Shown: positions 42,438 through 51,837 of the stretch, in pieces
How positions within the stretch are numbered: position 1 is the stretch's first letter
Layout: every line of letters begins with the position of its first letter
From: Methanobacteriota archaeon
GTDB taxonomy: Archaea; Thermoplasmatota; E2; DHVEG-1
Assembly (NCBI GenBank): GCA_963769885.1
Contig: CAVYNH010000007.1
Span: forward strand, 128,001 to 192,000
Reading direction: 5' to 3'
DNA: 64,000 bases
Program-made: the position numbers and the translations under genes
Notes under the pieces: model-generated
Told to the model about the DNA's origin: nothing
Databases searched by the model: none
The model's input: the letters and a program-made list of their open reading frames with translations, nothing else

Positions 42438-42440
42438 AAA

Positions 42441-44300
42441 ATGACCGGAGAGAATCCCCCAAGCGCCTCAAAAAGCCATGTGTATCTCCAGGGCTCGCCG
42501 GCGCCCCCCGAGACCGCCCTGCAACTCCGCATCGACGTACGCGACGCCTTGAACACCCCCATCATCACCCTCGCCGCCAGCGACTTCGTCTTCAACCTCG
42601 GCGGAAAAACCGGGACGATCACATGGTCGAATTTCTATAACCAAGGCGACGGGAACTACACCTGGGATGCCACTGATACTGACGCCGAATCCGTCAACAT
42701 TACCACAACAATCGCGGACATCACCCTCGACGACGTCGTCACCGGCGTCTGGACCAACGAGGACAACACCTGGGACAAATACCAAGAATATGGGAAAATC
42801 GGCACAGAGATCGGCGTCGTCACCATCACGGACGCAGGAACCACCACCAGCCTCGACTGGTCCGGCTCCATGAAACTCATGAAGGCGATGGAAGGACTCT
42901 GGGCCACATTCACCTATCTCGATGAATCAAACCGCTATCTGATTCAATACGCCTACAGCCTCGACGAAGGCCTCACCTGGACCACCGGCAACGTCTGCTA
43001 CGATGTCGCCTACGACCAACGCTACCCCAGCATCGGCGTCGACCGCGCCCGCCTCGTGCATTTCGCCTGGACAGGGAAAAACAGCGGCAGCACATCCTAC
43101 ACACAAGCCCGCTACCGCAGCCTCAACATTTCAACGATGACCCTTGGAACCCTCTACAACGTCAGCAGCGAGACCAGCAACGTCATCTACGCCATCGCCG
43201 TCTGCGACCAGGACAACGGCGCCCACATCATCTGGATCGCCGCCAACATCCTGAAACATCAATACACCCTCAACCAGGGTGCTTCTTGGCTTGGAGTCAG
43301 CAGCATCACCGCGACGAACCCCATCGTCACCCCCACGCTCTACATCAGTCCGGACAACATCCTCCATCTCGCCTACGTCGACCCGACCGCCAAAGCCCTC
43401 TACTACGCCCGTAGCCTCGACCGCGGGGCGACCTGGAGCAGCCCCGTCTGCCTTTGCGCCACCACCTACATCCCCTACAACCCCTGCATCGGCATGGGCA
43501 ACGACGGCATCGCCTACCTCGTTTGGCAGCAGAGGATCAGCGCAGGAAACGCCTACCAGCAAATCCACCTGCGGATGAGTCTGGACAATGGCGTGACCTG
43601 GCAGACCGAGACGCAATGCAGCAGCCCGATCACCACGGACGCGAACTACGACCAGGAATACCCGACCATCGCCTGCGACCCGGCAATCAACGGCATGCAC
43701 CTCTTCTGGGACAGCAACAGCGCGGCCTACGGTGTTAAAAACATCAGACATGTCACCTACGACCATGGTCTCATCGGCTCCATGGAATGGGTCACGACCG
43801 GGACGGTGAACGACTGGACCCGACCGATCCCACTACGTCAACTCACGCCGTTCGAGGCACCATGGAACGGCTACGTCTTCCTCTGGCAATCCTGGACTAC
43901 CATAAAATTCTACTACAATGTGGACGACTGCTGGCTGCCGCCCGACGGCGACTACCTCCTTTACCCCACCAGCGACCGGACGCAGGCCGTCCCCGTCCCC
44001 TACCCCACCTCAGCGACCATCACCAGCACCGAAGAGATCAAACGCTGCTACTACACGGACAACACCAGCACCTCACGCGACGAAGGCAAAGAAGGCGACA
44101 CGATAACGTTGGGCGGCATCTTCTACGACGACGACCTCGTCGGCCTCCTCGAGGACCTCGAAGGCCAAGAGGTCGCAATCCTCGGCATGTCGGACAACAA
44201 TTTGGACGGCATCTATCTCATCTCAGATTTCCGCGTGCAGCGCGGACCCGGCAGCGAAGGCCAATGGCCCTATACATTGACTCTGGAGGCAGTCGAATGA
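42441..44300 (+). CDS. Putative tail-tip protein: Ig-like N-terminus, BNR/Asp-box beta-propeller, tail-hub-like C-terminus
   Basis: Asp boxes SLDEGLTW, TLNQGASW, SLDRGATW, SLDNGVTW; C-terminal TITLGG...GIYLISDF...YTLTLE; adjacent to the tape measure gene. Confidence 0.6.
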   Translation: MTGENPPSASKSHVYLQGSPAPPETALQLRIDVRDALNTPIITLAASDFVFNLGGKTGTITWSNFYNQGDGNYTWDATDTDAESVNITTTIADITLDDVVTGVWTNEDNTWDKYQEYGKIGTEIGVVTITDAGTTTSLDWSGSMKLMKAMEGLWATFTYLDESNRYLIQYAYSLDEGLTWTTGNVCYDVAYDQRYPSIGVDRARLVHFAWTGKNSGSTSYTQARYRSLNISTMTLGTLYNVSSETSNVIYAIAVCDQDNGAHIIWIAANILKHQYTLNQGASWLGVSSITATNPIVTPTLYISPDNILHLAYVDPTAKALYYARSLDRGATWSSPVCLCATTYIPYNPCIGMGNDGIAYLVWQQRISAGNAYQQIHLRMSLDNGVTWQTETQCSSPITTDANYDQEYPTIACDPAINGMHLFWDSNSAAYGVKNIRHVTYDHGLIGSMEWVTTGTVNDWTRPIPLRQLTPFEAPWNGYVFLWQSWTTIKFYYNVDDCWLPPDGDYLLYPTSDRTQAVPVPYPTSATITSTEEIKRCYYTDNTSTSRDEGKEGDTITLGGIFYDDDLVGLLEDLEGQEVAILGMSDNNLDGIYLISDFRVQRGPGSEGQWPYTLTLEAVE

Positions 44301-44330
44301 ACAAGAAGGCAGATTTGCAGGGAGGTTTCA

Positions 44331-46535
44331 ATGCCAGAAACAAGCGTTGATGTTGATGTAAAAAGCAAAGGCGACATGGTCATTGACCAGCTCACCAGGA
44401 AACTGGGTATTTTCAACAAGGCTGGCATCGGGATGGGCGTCGCCTTCGCCGGCGTGAATATCGCCGTCGGACTCGTACAACAAGGCATCTCCGGACTGAT
44501 TAACTACATCACCGAAGGCGTCGAAAAGAACCGACAGTTCGAGCTCTCCCTGACGCGCATCGGACTTGAAGCGGGAGACACCAGCGCCGTCGGCCTCGCC
44601 AACCTCCGCTCCGAGGTCGGCGCACTCAGCATCGCATTCGCTACAAGCACCAGCGAGATCGCCGCCGGCATGCAAAGTTTCATACGCGAAGGCGCGAACG
44701 CCAGTCAGGCCATCAACCAGATGGTCGTCGCCGAACGCCTCGCAGTCGTCACCGGCGATGATTTCACCGCGACACAACAGGCTATCACCACCAGTCTTGA
44801 AGTCTTCGACCTCGATGTCGAACAGACAAATAACGTTGCGGAGGATTTGAACCGCATCTGGCACACGACCGGCCTGACCATGGGTGACGTCGCCCGAGTC
44901 TTCGGAAGCAACGCCGGCAAAATCAACGAAGCAGGATTGTCATTAGACGACATGGTCGGCATCATGACGGAACTCGACCAGGAAGGCTGGAGCAACCGGA
45001 CCATGATCAGCCAGCTTGGCGACATCCTCGGCGACTACAAGACCGCTATCGACAAAGCGACCGAAGGCAACAAAAACTTCCGGGATAACCCCCCGATCCC
45101 CACTACCACCGAGGCGTACGAAAAGATCAGCGCGACCACGGAATACACAGATAAGATGATCGCCAGCCTCAGGGAGTACAAACAGATGGACCTCGGCGGC
45201 AAACTCGACATCGGCGCCACCTTCAATAAAGGATTATTTGATAATGCGAAGCAATGGATTGAAATACTGAAAACCGACGGGATCACCACACTCGCGGATT
45301 TCAATCAACAAGTGCAGGCGGCCCATAACCCGTTGACCATCGCCGCTGGACTCCTCGGTCTCTGTTCAGATAAAGAACGCGACATGATAGCAGTGGCTAG
45401 TCAGGCAGGCGGCGACGTTCTCTGGCTTGTCCGCGAGATGCTCGCTTACAATGCTGCCATGGACAAGATGGCTACAGTGACGGACCAGACGAAAAAAACC
45501 CTCAAGGATTGGGTCTCTGGCCTCAACTCCGCGAACGATAAACTCGCTGATTACAACAAGACCGCCGGTGACATCAGCATGGAAGAGCGGCGGATCACGG
45601 CCGTCCACGATCTGACCAGCCAGCTTCACTATATGGACCTCGGACTCAAGGACGCAAGCTACGCCGACCGGATACTGGATGCGCAGACCGCCTCGCTCGT
45701 CGACAGCCTGCGAATGCAGCGGGATGCCATCGATGAACTCACTCAGGCGAACGAACAATATAGTCTCCAGAGCAACGAGAACAGCCTGGAGATGATGAAG
45801 ATACAATACGAGGCGGACGAACACGGTGGCAGGATGACCCGTGAGCAGGAGGCCCGGCTGAAAGAACTCCAGCACGCCAACAACCTCCTGCGGATCAACA
45901 CCATGGAGAACCAGGACCAGATAGATAAAACGCAGATGGACATGGGGCCGGAACAGGCGCGTCTCAACGCAATTAAGACCCGGATGGGCGAAGAAGTCGC
46001 CACGTACCAAGATACCTACAACAAGGAGATTCTGGCGCTGGAGGACAAACGACGCGCTGAAGATCAATTGATCGACGGCGAGATATTGAAACGGCAGGGG
46101 GCCTTGGATGCTATCGCCAAGATTCATAACGAGCAATGGTTGATAGAGCATACAAGCGGCCCGATCACCGGCCCGCAATTCGCTCAATATACTGCTCCTG
46201 TTCCGCCTGGATGGGGTCTCTACCAAGGGCAACCGATCTCCCCGATCCTCGTTCCACTCTATAGGGATCTTCCCGGCTACCGGCAGTATCACGTCGGCGG
46301 TGACGTCCTCGAAACCGGCCTCGCCATGGTCCGCCAGGGAGAACGGATCACGCCGCCCGGCGGGACGCCACCCGGCCCAGCCCTACAGACCCGCCCGGTA
46401 TTCCCACGGATCGAAATCTACCTGCATGTCGAGAACGCCGACAACCTCGACAGATTCGCCCGGAAACTCGGCGAAGCCATCGGGAAGAAACTCATCACCG
46501 GAGACATCCAGAGCGTCTATCATTTCAAAGGGTGA
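44331..46535 (+). CDS. Phage tail tape measure protein (TP901-like core)
   Basis: Ala/Gly-rich helical core (FELSL.RI, EIAAGM..F.R.G, AGLSLDDM.G), long coiled coil, C-terminal YHVGG.V.ETGLAMV..GERITP. Confidence 0.85.
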   Translation: MPETSVDVDVKSKGDMVIDQLTRKLGIFNKAGIGMGVAFAGVNIAVGLVQQGISGLINYITEGVEKNRQFELSLTRIGLEAGDTSAVGLANLRSEVGALSIAFATSTSEIAAGMQSFIREGANASQAINQMVVAERLAVVTGDDFTATQQAITTSLEVFDLDVEQTNNVAEDLNRIWHTTGLTMGDVARVFGSNAGKINEAGLSLDDMVGIMTELDQEGWSNRTMISQLGDILGDYKTAIDKATEGNKNFRDNPPIPTTTEAYEKISATTEYTDKMIASLREYKQMDLGGKLDIGATFNKGLFDNAKQWIEILKTDGITTLADFNQQVQAAHNPLTIAAGLLGLCSDKERDMIAVASQAGGDVLWLVREMLAYNAAMDKMATVTDQTKKTLKDWVSGLNSANDKLADYNKTAGDISMEERRITAVHDLTSQLHYMDLGLKDASYADRILDAQTASLVDSLRMQRDAIDELTQANEQYSLQSNENSLEMMKIQYEADEHGGRMTREQEARLKELQHANNLLRINTMENQDQIDKTQMDMGPEQARLNAIKTRMGEEVATYQDTYNKEILALEDKRRAEDQLIDGEILKRQGALDAIAKIHNEQWLIEHTSGPITGPQFAQYTAPVPPGWGLYQGQPISPILVPLYRDLPGYRQYHVGGDVLETGLAMVRQGERITPPGGTPPGPALQTRPVFPRIEIYLHVENADNLDRFARKLGEAIGKKLITGDIQSVYHFKG

Positions 46536-46565
46536 CCATGGGGGTGATGTGACACGGACAAAGAG

Positions 46566-46772
46566 ATGATCGAGAGACTCATCGGCGGGCAACTACCTTC
46601 CAATGTCTGCAACCTCGTTTTGAGAGGCAACACCCAATACGCCTTCGCGCTCACCGGGGTCGTTCTGGCTATCGGTGATTCTTCGCTGCTCTTCAAGACG
46701 AAACAGAAAGAGGCCGTAATTGATTTTGCGTATATTTTGAAGTTGGAGCCCAACGATCGGAAGGAGTTATGA
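46566..46772 (+). CDS. Small beta-rich protein, possibly Sm/Hfq-like fold
   Basis: LTGVVLAIGDSSLLF and VIDFAYILKLEP resemble Sm1/Sm2 motifs. Confidence 0.45.
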   Translation: MIERLIGGQLPSNVCNLVLRGNTQYAFALTGVVLAIGDSSLLFKTKQKEAVIDFAYILKLEPNDRKEL

Positions 46773-47026
46773 TAATGCCTCACATTGAACAGGGCAGAGC
46801 CGTGGCGGGTACCCCCTCAACACCCGCCGACTCACCCCAATCACAAAACCGGACTGCGGGCGCACCACCATCAGCGCCCGCAGTTCCACCTCCTTCTCAA
46901 ACCAAGCAAACATATTTCATCTGCTTTAGAGGCGTGACTGGGGACGAAGCCAGAACACTCCTCCGCAACATCCGCCAGAATGCCAAGATCTTCCACATCA
47001 CGGTACGCAGGAGCGCGGACCAATGA
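46769..47026 (+). CDS. Hypothetical protein (element)
   Basis: ATGA overlaps at both ends; GGAG RBS. Confidence 0.6.
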   Translation: MIMPHIEQGRAVAGTPSTPADSPQSQNRTAGAPPSAPAVPPPSQTKQTYFICFRGVTGDEARTLLRNIRQNAKIFHITVRRSADQ

Positions 47027-48810
47027 CCGATATCCAGTTCACCAGGGATGTCCCCCCGTTCAAAGCCGGCGAGATCCTCCACGACGCCACAGACAGGGAA
47101 ATCACAGTCTGGCGGACCGTCAACGGCGTCGAAGTCGTCGACAAACAAAAGCCAAAGCCAGAATCACCATCTAAAGAAAAAGAACCCACGCCGCCACCAG
47201 TGCAGGATATTGAACGACAGCCAAATACCGACCAACAACGACTCCGCTGCAGTAGCTGCGGGGCCGCCGCACCCGCCAGCACGCCCGAAGGCGCAGGGCA
47301 CTGCCCGGTGTGTGGCCAGGACACCATCTTCATCCCCCAGCCCGATAATGAGCCTCCAGAGCCAGATCCACTCGCAGGGATCATGGAACGCGCCCTGGAC
47401 CAAGAACAAGACCGGCGACAACGCGAAAACCGCCTCCTGCAATACCTCGTCTTCGAGAAAGACAAGGACGGTAAACCCACTGGCGCCGTTAACTGCATCC
47501 GACTCGCCAGACTCCTCCTCGACGGCGACGGACGAAACTACATCTCAACGGAAGACAACCAGGAAATCTTCAGCTACAACGGCAGTCATTACGTCCCGCA
47601 AGGCGACGCCCTTATCAAACAACGCGTCCAATACTACCTCGGGGACGAAGTCCGCGGACTCGAACACATCAAAAACGAAGTTGTCGGTTACGTCCGAAAC
47701 AACCAGTACATCGACCGCGAGCAGTTCAACCCCCCATTGCACCTCATCAATGTCAACAACGGAATCTACAACCTGCAGACAGGCGAACTACTACCGCATT
47801 CACCCGACCATTATTTCCTGCAGAAAATCCTGGTTGACTACAAACCAGGCGCGAAAATAGACAAGATAGCGGCGTTCCTTGAACAGACATTCAATCAAGA
47901 AGACATCCCGATCCTGCAGGAATTCCTCGGAGACAGCCTCTACCGTTCACACCGCTACAAAAAAGCCCTCATCCTCGTCGGACCCACCGACACCGGGAAA
48001 TCACAGTTCCTCTCCCTCATCGGCAAATTCATCGGGGAAAAAAACGTCGCACACGTCCCCCTCGACCGCCTCTGCCACGATAAATTCACACCCGTCGAAC
48101 TTTACGGCAAACTCATCAACATCCGCGCGGAACTCCACGTCAAAACCCTCCGCAGCATCGACATGTTCCTCATGCTCACCGGCGGCGACGTCATCGGCGC
48201 CGAACGGAAATACCAAAACGGCTTCAACTTCCGCAACTACTCAAAACAAGTCTACAGCTGCAACGAGACCCCAGACTCAGAGAACAAAAACGACGCCTAC
48301 TACAACCGATGGATCCCCGTCGAATGCAGCAACACCATCCCCAAAGAAAACCAAATCCCCAACTATTTTGAGACCATCAGCACAGACGAAGAACTCAGTG
48401 GTTTATTGAACTGGGCCCTCAAAGGACTCTACCGACTCCTCAAACAAGGACACTACTCCCATCACCGATCCATCGACGAAGTCCGAGAATTCATGACCAA
48501 AGGCAAAAACCCCATCCGCGACTTCGCCGACCAATACATCATCAAAGACCCCGACGCAGAGATCACCAACGGCGAACTCTACAACAGTTATAGGGACTTC
48601 TGCAAACTCATGGGCCACCCCATCAAAGACAGCAGCGTATTCTCCAAACTCGTCCACCCCCTCCTCCCACAAGGAACCCAAAAAGGCGAAACCAGCAAAG
48701 ATGGCCATAAACGCGTCTGGCGCGGCATCACCTGCACCTACGTCACCGCCGACCTCACCACCCTCGACCACGACTCAACAGATAAGACCCTTCAGGAAAC
48801 ATTTCCTTAA
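47023..48810 (+). CDS. P4/D5-family replication protein (Zn ribbon + D5_N + SF3 helicase)
   Basis: CSSC..CPVC; INVNNGIYNL.TGEL.PHSP; GPTDTGKS; LYGKLIN..E; LTGGD.I.AE.K; SCN; LLNWAL.G. Confidence 0.9.
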   Translation: MTDIQFTRDVPPFKAGEILHDATDREITVWRTVNGVEVVDKQKPKPESPSKEKEPTPPPVQDIERQPNTDQQRLRCSSCGAAAPASTPEGAGHCPVCGQDTIFIPQPDNEPPEPDPLAGIMERALDQEQDRRQRENRLLQYLVFEKDKDGKPTGAVNCIRLARLLLDGDGRNYISTEDNQEIFSYNGSHYVPQGDALIKQRVQYYLGDEVRGLEHIKNEVVGYVRNNQYIDREQFNPPLHLINVNNGIYNLQTGELLPHSPDHYFLQKILVDYKPGAKIDKIAAFLEQTFNQEDIPILQEFLGDSLYRSHRYKKALILVGPTDTGKSQFLSLIGKFIGEKNVAHVPLDRLCHDKFTPVELYGKLINIRAELHVKTLRSIDMFLMLTGGDVIGAERKYQNGFNFRNYSKQVYSCNETPDSENKNDAYYNRWIPVECSNTIPKENQIPNYFETISTDEELSGLLNWALKGLYRLLKQGHYSHHRSIDEVREFMTKGKNPIRDFADQYIIKDPDAEITNGELYNSYRDFCKLMGHPIKDSSVFSKLVHPLLPQGTQKGETSKDGHKRVWRGITCTYVTADLTTLDHDSTDKTLQETFP

Positions 48811-48844
48811 GGGGTCAGGCAACAAGAGAAGCTACAATGCTGAC

Positions 48845-48974
48845 CATCCACAGCATCCACACCAACCCGGGCTTACCTTTCCCCCCGCACGCGAGCGCAT
48901 TAAGTACACAGTTACACTAAACGCGCACACACGGGGAAAACAGTAATCACTTACAGCCGTGGATGCCGTGGACG
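48845..48974. promoter_or_regulatory. Nested inverted repeats, candidate replication origin of the element
   Basis: CATCCACAGCATCCAC (48845-60) vs GTGGATGCCGTGGACG (48959-74), 14/16 inverted match; inner TTTCCCC/GGGGAAA. Confidence 0.5.
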
Positions 48975-49194
48975 ACTAAAACACTATAAAACCCCACCCT
49001 CGTACCTCATCCCGCGTCTCGGCCTTGTCTTTGGAAATTCGATCTTAGATTTTACAGTCCAGAATCCGACTATAGTTCAAAGCCCTGGCTGGGACTATGT
49101 GCCAGACCTGCACTTCCCGCATGGTTTTTCTGCTTGGGTATTTAAAGGAAATTCAAGTTTTTCGAGGGATAAAAATCATGGAGTGTGTTCTTGA

Positions 49195-49740
49195 ATGGCA
49201 GACGAGACATCATCTGAGAGCAAGACCCAGGATCCAATCACGGCCTCGACAGAGGAACCTAGTGGAGAGCCGGTGAAGACGCCGCCGGCAGAGCGCCGCG
49301 TCATCATCAAGAGGTTGATCGAGGAGAAGGGCCTGCATGCCTTGAACAAGCTGGAGTTGGGGCGGCGGTTCGGTATCAGCGATCAGCAGATCACCCGGGA
49401 CGTCGAGGAGATCATGGGTGATCTCCCACCGGTCGATTGGGGGAAGCTTTTCAATAAGACCTTGTTGGACATCGACCGTAGTTTGGACATTGCGAACAAG
49501 GCGTTGGATAAGGCGACGGATGAGCGGATCCGGGGCCGTCTGGCGAATCAGATCTCTGAGATTCTTCTGAAGAAGACGACGATCTTGGAGAAGATGGAGA
49601 AGCTACTGCCCGCATCTGCGAAGGCAGAACCGGTCACGATCACGTACCGCTGCGTCGAGCCCATCAAGGAGAAGAAGGACCTGGAGCCGCCTATGGAGGA
49701 GCCCGTGGTGGATCTCAGTGGGGTGCCTGCCAGTGGTTGA
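49195..49740 (+). CDS. terS: Putative terminase small subunit (HTH + helical)
   Basis: HTH LELGRRFGISDQQITRDV; directly upstream of and overlapping terL. Confidence 0.65.
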   Translation: MADETSSESKTQDPITASTEEPSGEPVKTPPAERRVIIKRLIEEKGLHALNKLELGRRFGISDQQITRDVEEIMGDLPPVDWGKLFNKTLLDIDRSLDIANKALDKATDERIRGRLANQISEILLKKTTILEKMEKLLPASAKAEPVTITYRCVEPIKEKKDLEPPMEEPVVDLSGVPASG

Positions 49741-50977
49741 CGTCGCCTGTCCGCGGGTGTTCCTTGAGAAGCAGAAGGAGTTCCTGGAGAGCGATGCGCG
49801 TTTCATCTATTATTGCGGCGGCTTTGGCAGTGGGAAAACGCTGTGTCTGGCTCATAAGATCATCCGGGGGTCTCTGGAGAATCCGGGAGCGGTGAGTCTG
49901 ATGGCGTCAGCAACGTATCCGATGCTTCGAGACACGGTTCTGCGGACGTTCTTGGAGGAGACGACGTTGTTGCAGAAGGCGTTTGATGAGGCGGGGGCTG
50001 GTGTGAAACTCATCAGGGAGTTCAACCGCGGGGAGCTGCGGATCGTGTTCTTTAATGGCTCGGTCGTCTTGTTTCGGTCGTGTGATTCTCCGGAGAAGTT
50101 CAAGAGTTTGAATCTGGATTTTGTGGGGTTGGATGAGCCGACGGATGTCTCTGAGGATGTGTTTAGGATGTTGCAGGGTCGTCTTCGTGGTCGGCATGCG
50201 AGGAATCAGAGGCATTTCCTTGCGATGAGTGGGAATCCGGGGTCGCGGCTGCATTGGTTGTATGGGTTGTTTTTTGAGCATCCTCCGAGCGGTGACTATA
50301 AGGTGATTAGTACGACGTCGTATGATAATTGTTTCTTGCCGGCGAGTTATATTTCTTCGTTGGAGGCGGGGTATAGTGAGGAGTATAAGCGGCGGTATCT
50401 GCGGGGTCAGTGGGTGAGTTTTGAGGGTCTTGTGTATCCTGAGTTCTCTCGTGAGGTCCATGTCGGTGACTTCCGGGATCGGATGTTCAGTTCGTATGGT
50501 GGGGGGCTGGATGTGGGGTTCACGAATCCGTCGGCCTTCGTTTTGGTGGGGCGTGATGGTGACGATAATTTGTTTGTGCTTCAGGAGTTGTATCAGAGTA
50601 GGTTGACGCCGGTGGAGTTGGCGGCGGCGGTCCGTGAGATGGTCGCGCCGGTGATGGGGTCGTTTAGCGAGGTGTTGTGTGACCCGTCTGCTCCGGGTGT
50701 GATTGAGTCGGTGGGTCGGTTTGTGCGGTGTTCAGGGGCGGATAATGACGTGTTCAGTGGGATCGGGCGGGTGAGGAGTCGGTTTCATCTGCGGCGGTTG
50801 TTCATCGACCGGGGGTGTGTGAACCTGGTCCGGGAGCTGGAGGGCTATGTTTATCAGAAGGAGAAGCAGGGGGCGGAGTATAGTGAGGTGCCGGTGAAGA
50901 AGAATGATCATTTGTGTGACGCGCTCCGGTATTGTTGCATGGAGCCGGGTGGGACGGCCGCGTTCCTCATCGGGTAA
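49718..50977 (+). CDS. terL: Terminase large subunit (PBSX/SPP1-like)
   Basis: GGFGSGKT Walker A, FVGLDE Walker B, SGNP, DN.FL, GLDVGFTNPSA, DPSA, NDHLCDALRY. Confidence 0.93.
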   Translation: MGCLPVVDVACPRVFLEKQKEFLESDARFIYYCGGFGSGKTLCLAHKIIRGSLENPGAVSLMASATYPMLRDTVLRTFLEETTLLQKAFDEAGAGVKLIREFNRGELRIVFFNGSVVLFRSCDSPEKFKSLNLDFVGLDEPTDVSEDVFRMLQGRLRGRHARNQRHFLAMSGNPGSRLHWLYGLFFEHPPSGDYKVISTTSYDNCFLPASYISSLEAGYSEEYKRRYLRGQWVSFEGLVYPEFSREVHVGDFRDRMFSSYGGGLDVGFTNPSAFVLVGRDGDDNLFVLQELYQSRLTPVELAAAVREMVAPVMGSFSEVLCDPSAPGVIESVGRFVRCSGADNDVFSGIGRVRSRFHLRRLFIDRGCVNLVRELEGYVYQKEKQGAEYSEVPVKKNDHLCDALRYCCMEPGGTAAFLIG

Positions 50978-50990
50978 TGAAGGTGACATC

Positions 50991-51338
50991 ATGGATAAAG
51001 AGAACATCGAATCATTGAAGGAACAGATTGACGAGCAAGGCAAACTCATCAACGACCTCCAAATAGTTATCAGACAGCTCGTCGCATTCAACAAAAACGT
51101 CGTCAATCATGCGAAGGCGATCCATGACCTTACAGCCTTCACCAAGACCTTCGTGGGCCTCGAGAATGCACAGAGAAAGACCATCGAACTCCTGCAATTC
51201 AGGATCGACGCGCTCGAGAGACAGGCCGCGGAACTGATTAAAGCCGTCACGTTTGAGAAAAAGGTCGATGAGTTGTCCAATGCCGCCGTCAGTCCGCCGA
51301 AGGACCAGGGCGACATCCACGACCGCAGCTACAGCTAG
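50991..51338 (+). CDS. Coiled-coil protein (element)
   Basis: AGGTGA RBS; heptad-rich 115 aa. Confidence 0.7.
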   Translation: MDKENIESLKEQIDEQGKLINDLQIVIRQLVAFNKNVVNHAKAIHDLTAFTKTFVGLENAQRKTIELLQFRIDALERQAAELIKAVTFEKKVDELSNAAVSPPKDQGDIHDRSYS

Positions 51339-51462
51339 ACCACTGAACTACGCCAACGACTAGCATAATTATATATATAATGTTCTGCTTACATAATCGT
51401 AATTAGAGTCTATTTTGTTTTTTTAACTTCAATTAATTGAGCGGGATGTGTAGAATAAACAC

Positions 51463-51481
51463 CAAATCCCGGCTCGGGCCT
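51463..51481 (+). repeat. attR core
   Basis: Exact copy of 38622-38640. Confidence 0.92.
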
Positions 51482-51582
51482 TTACGTTATTGGTGCAAAG
51501 CCCGAACATTTAACACTGGCCGCAGGGTGTTTTCGTGTGTCTATAGGGATACCGCGTCACTGCTTGACCGCTAGATGTTGTT

Positions 51583-51798
51583 CTAACGATTTGCATCAAA
51601 TAATTGGTTAACAAATTTACAACCACGATTATTTGAAGGGTTATAAAAGCACATCTTGATTGATTCCTCCTTTGAAAATTTTAAACATCCCCAACATTGA
51701 CTAAATAATCGCACTTTATGCTCATCTCTATACTTTTTACATAATTTGATTGCTTCCTCTAAAGAAATTGGATTATTATCCGTCATGGTGAAACTCAT
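51583..51798 (-). CDS. Small Cys-rich hypothetical protein, AT-rich
   Basis: QCWGC...MCF...RGC; low-GC patch. Confidence 0.6.
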   Translation of the reverse strand: MSFTMTDNNPISLEEAIKLCKKYRDEHKVRLFSQCWGCLKFSKEESIKMCFYNPSNNRGCKFVNQLFDANR

Positions 51799-51837
51799 CT
51801 ATTTTTGATATTTAATTCTAATTTTATTCTTATCAGT

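Larger units (their letters stand above)
38622..51481. mobile_element. ~12.8-kb tRNA-His-integrated virus-related element (candidate satellite or minimal provirus)
   Basis: 19-bp attL/attR; integrase, D5 helicase, TerS/TerL, tape measure. Confidence 0.9.

Noticed and set aside
38622-51481. Complete autonomous provirus or gene transfer agent
   Set aside because: No recognisable capsid, portal or tube genes; integrase, att sites and a replication gene argue against a GTA.
51575-51600. Integron attC site beside the small AT-rich gene (TTCTAAC)
   Set aside because: No convincing paired R/L boxes and no integron integrase in the window.
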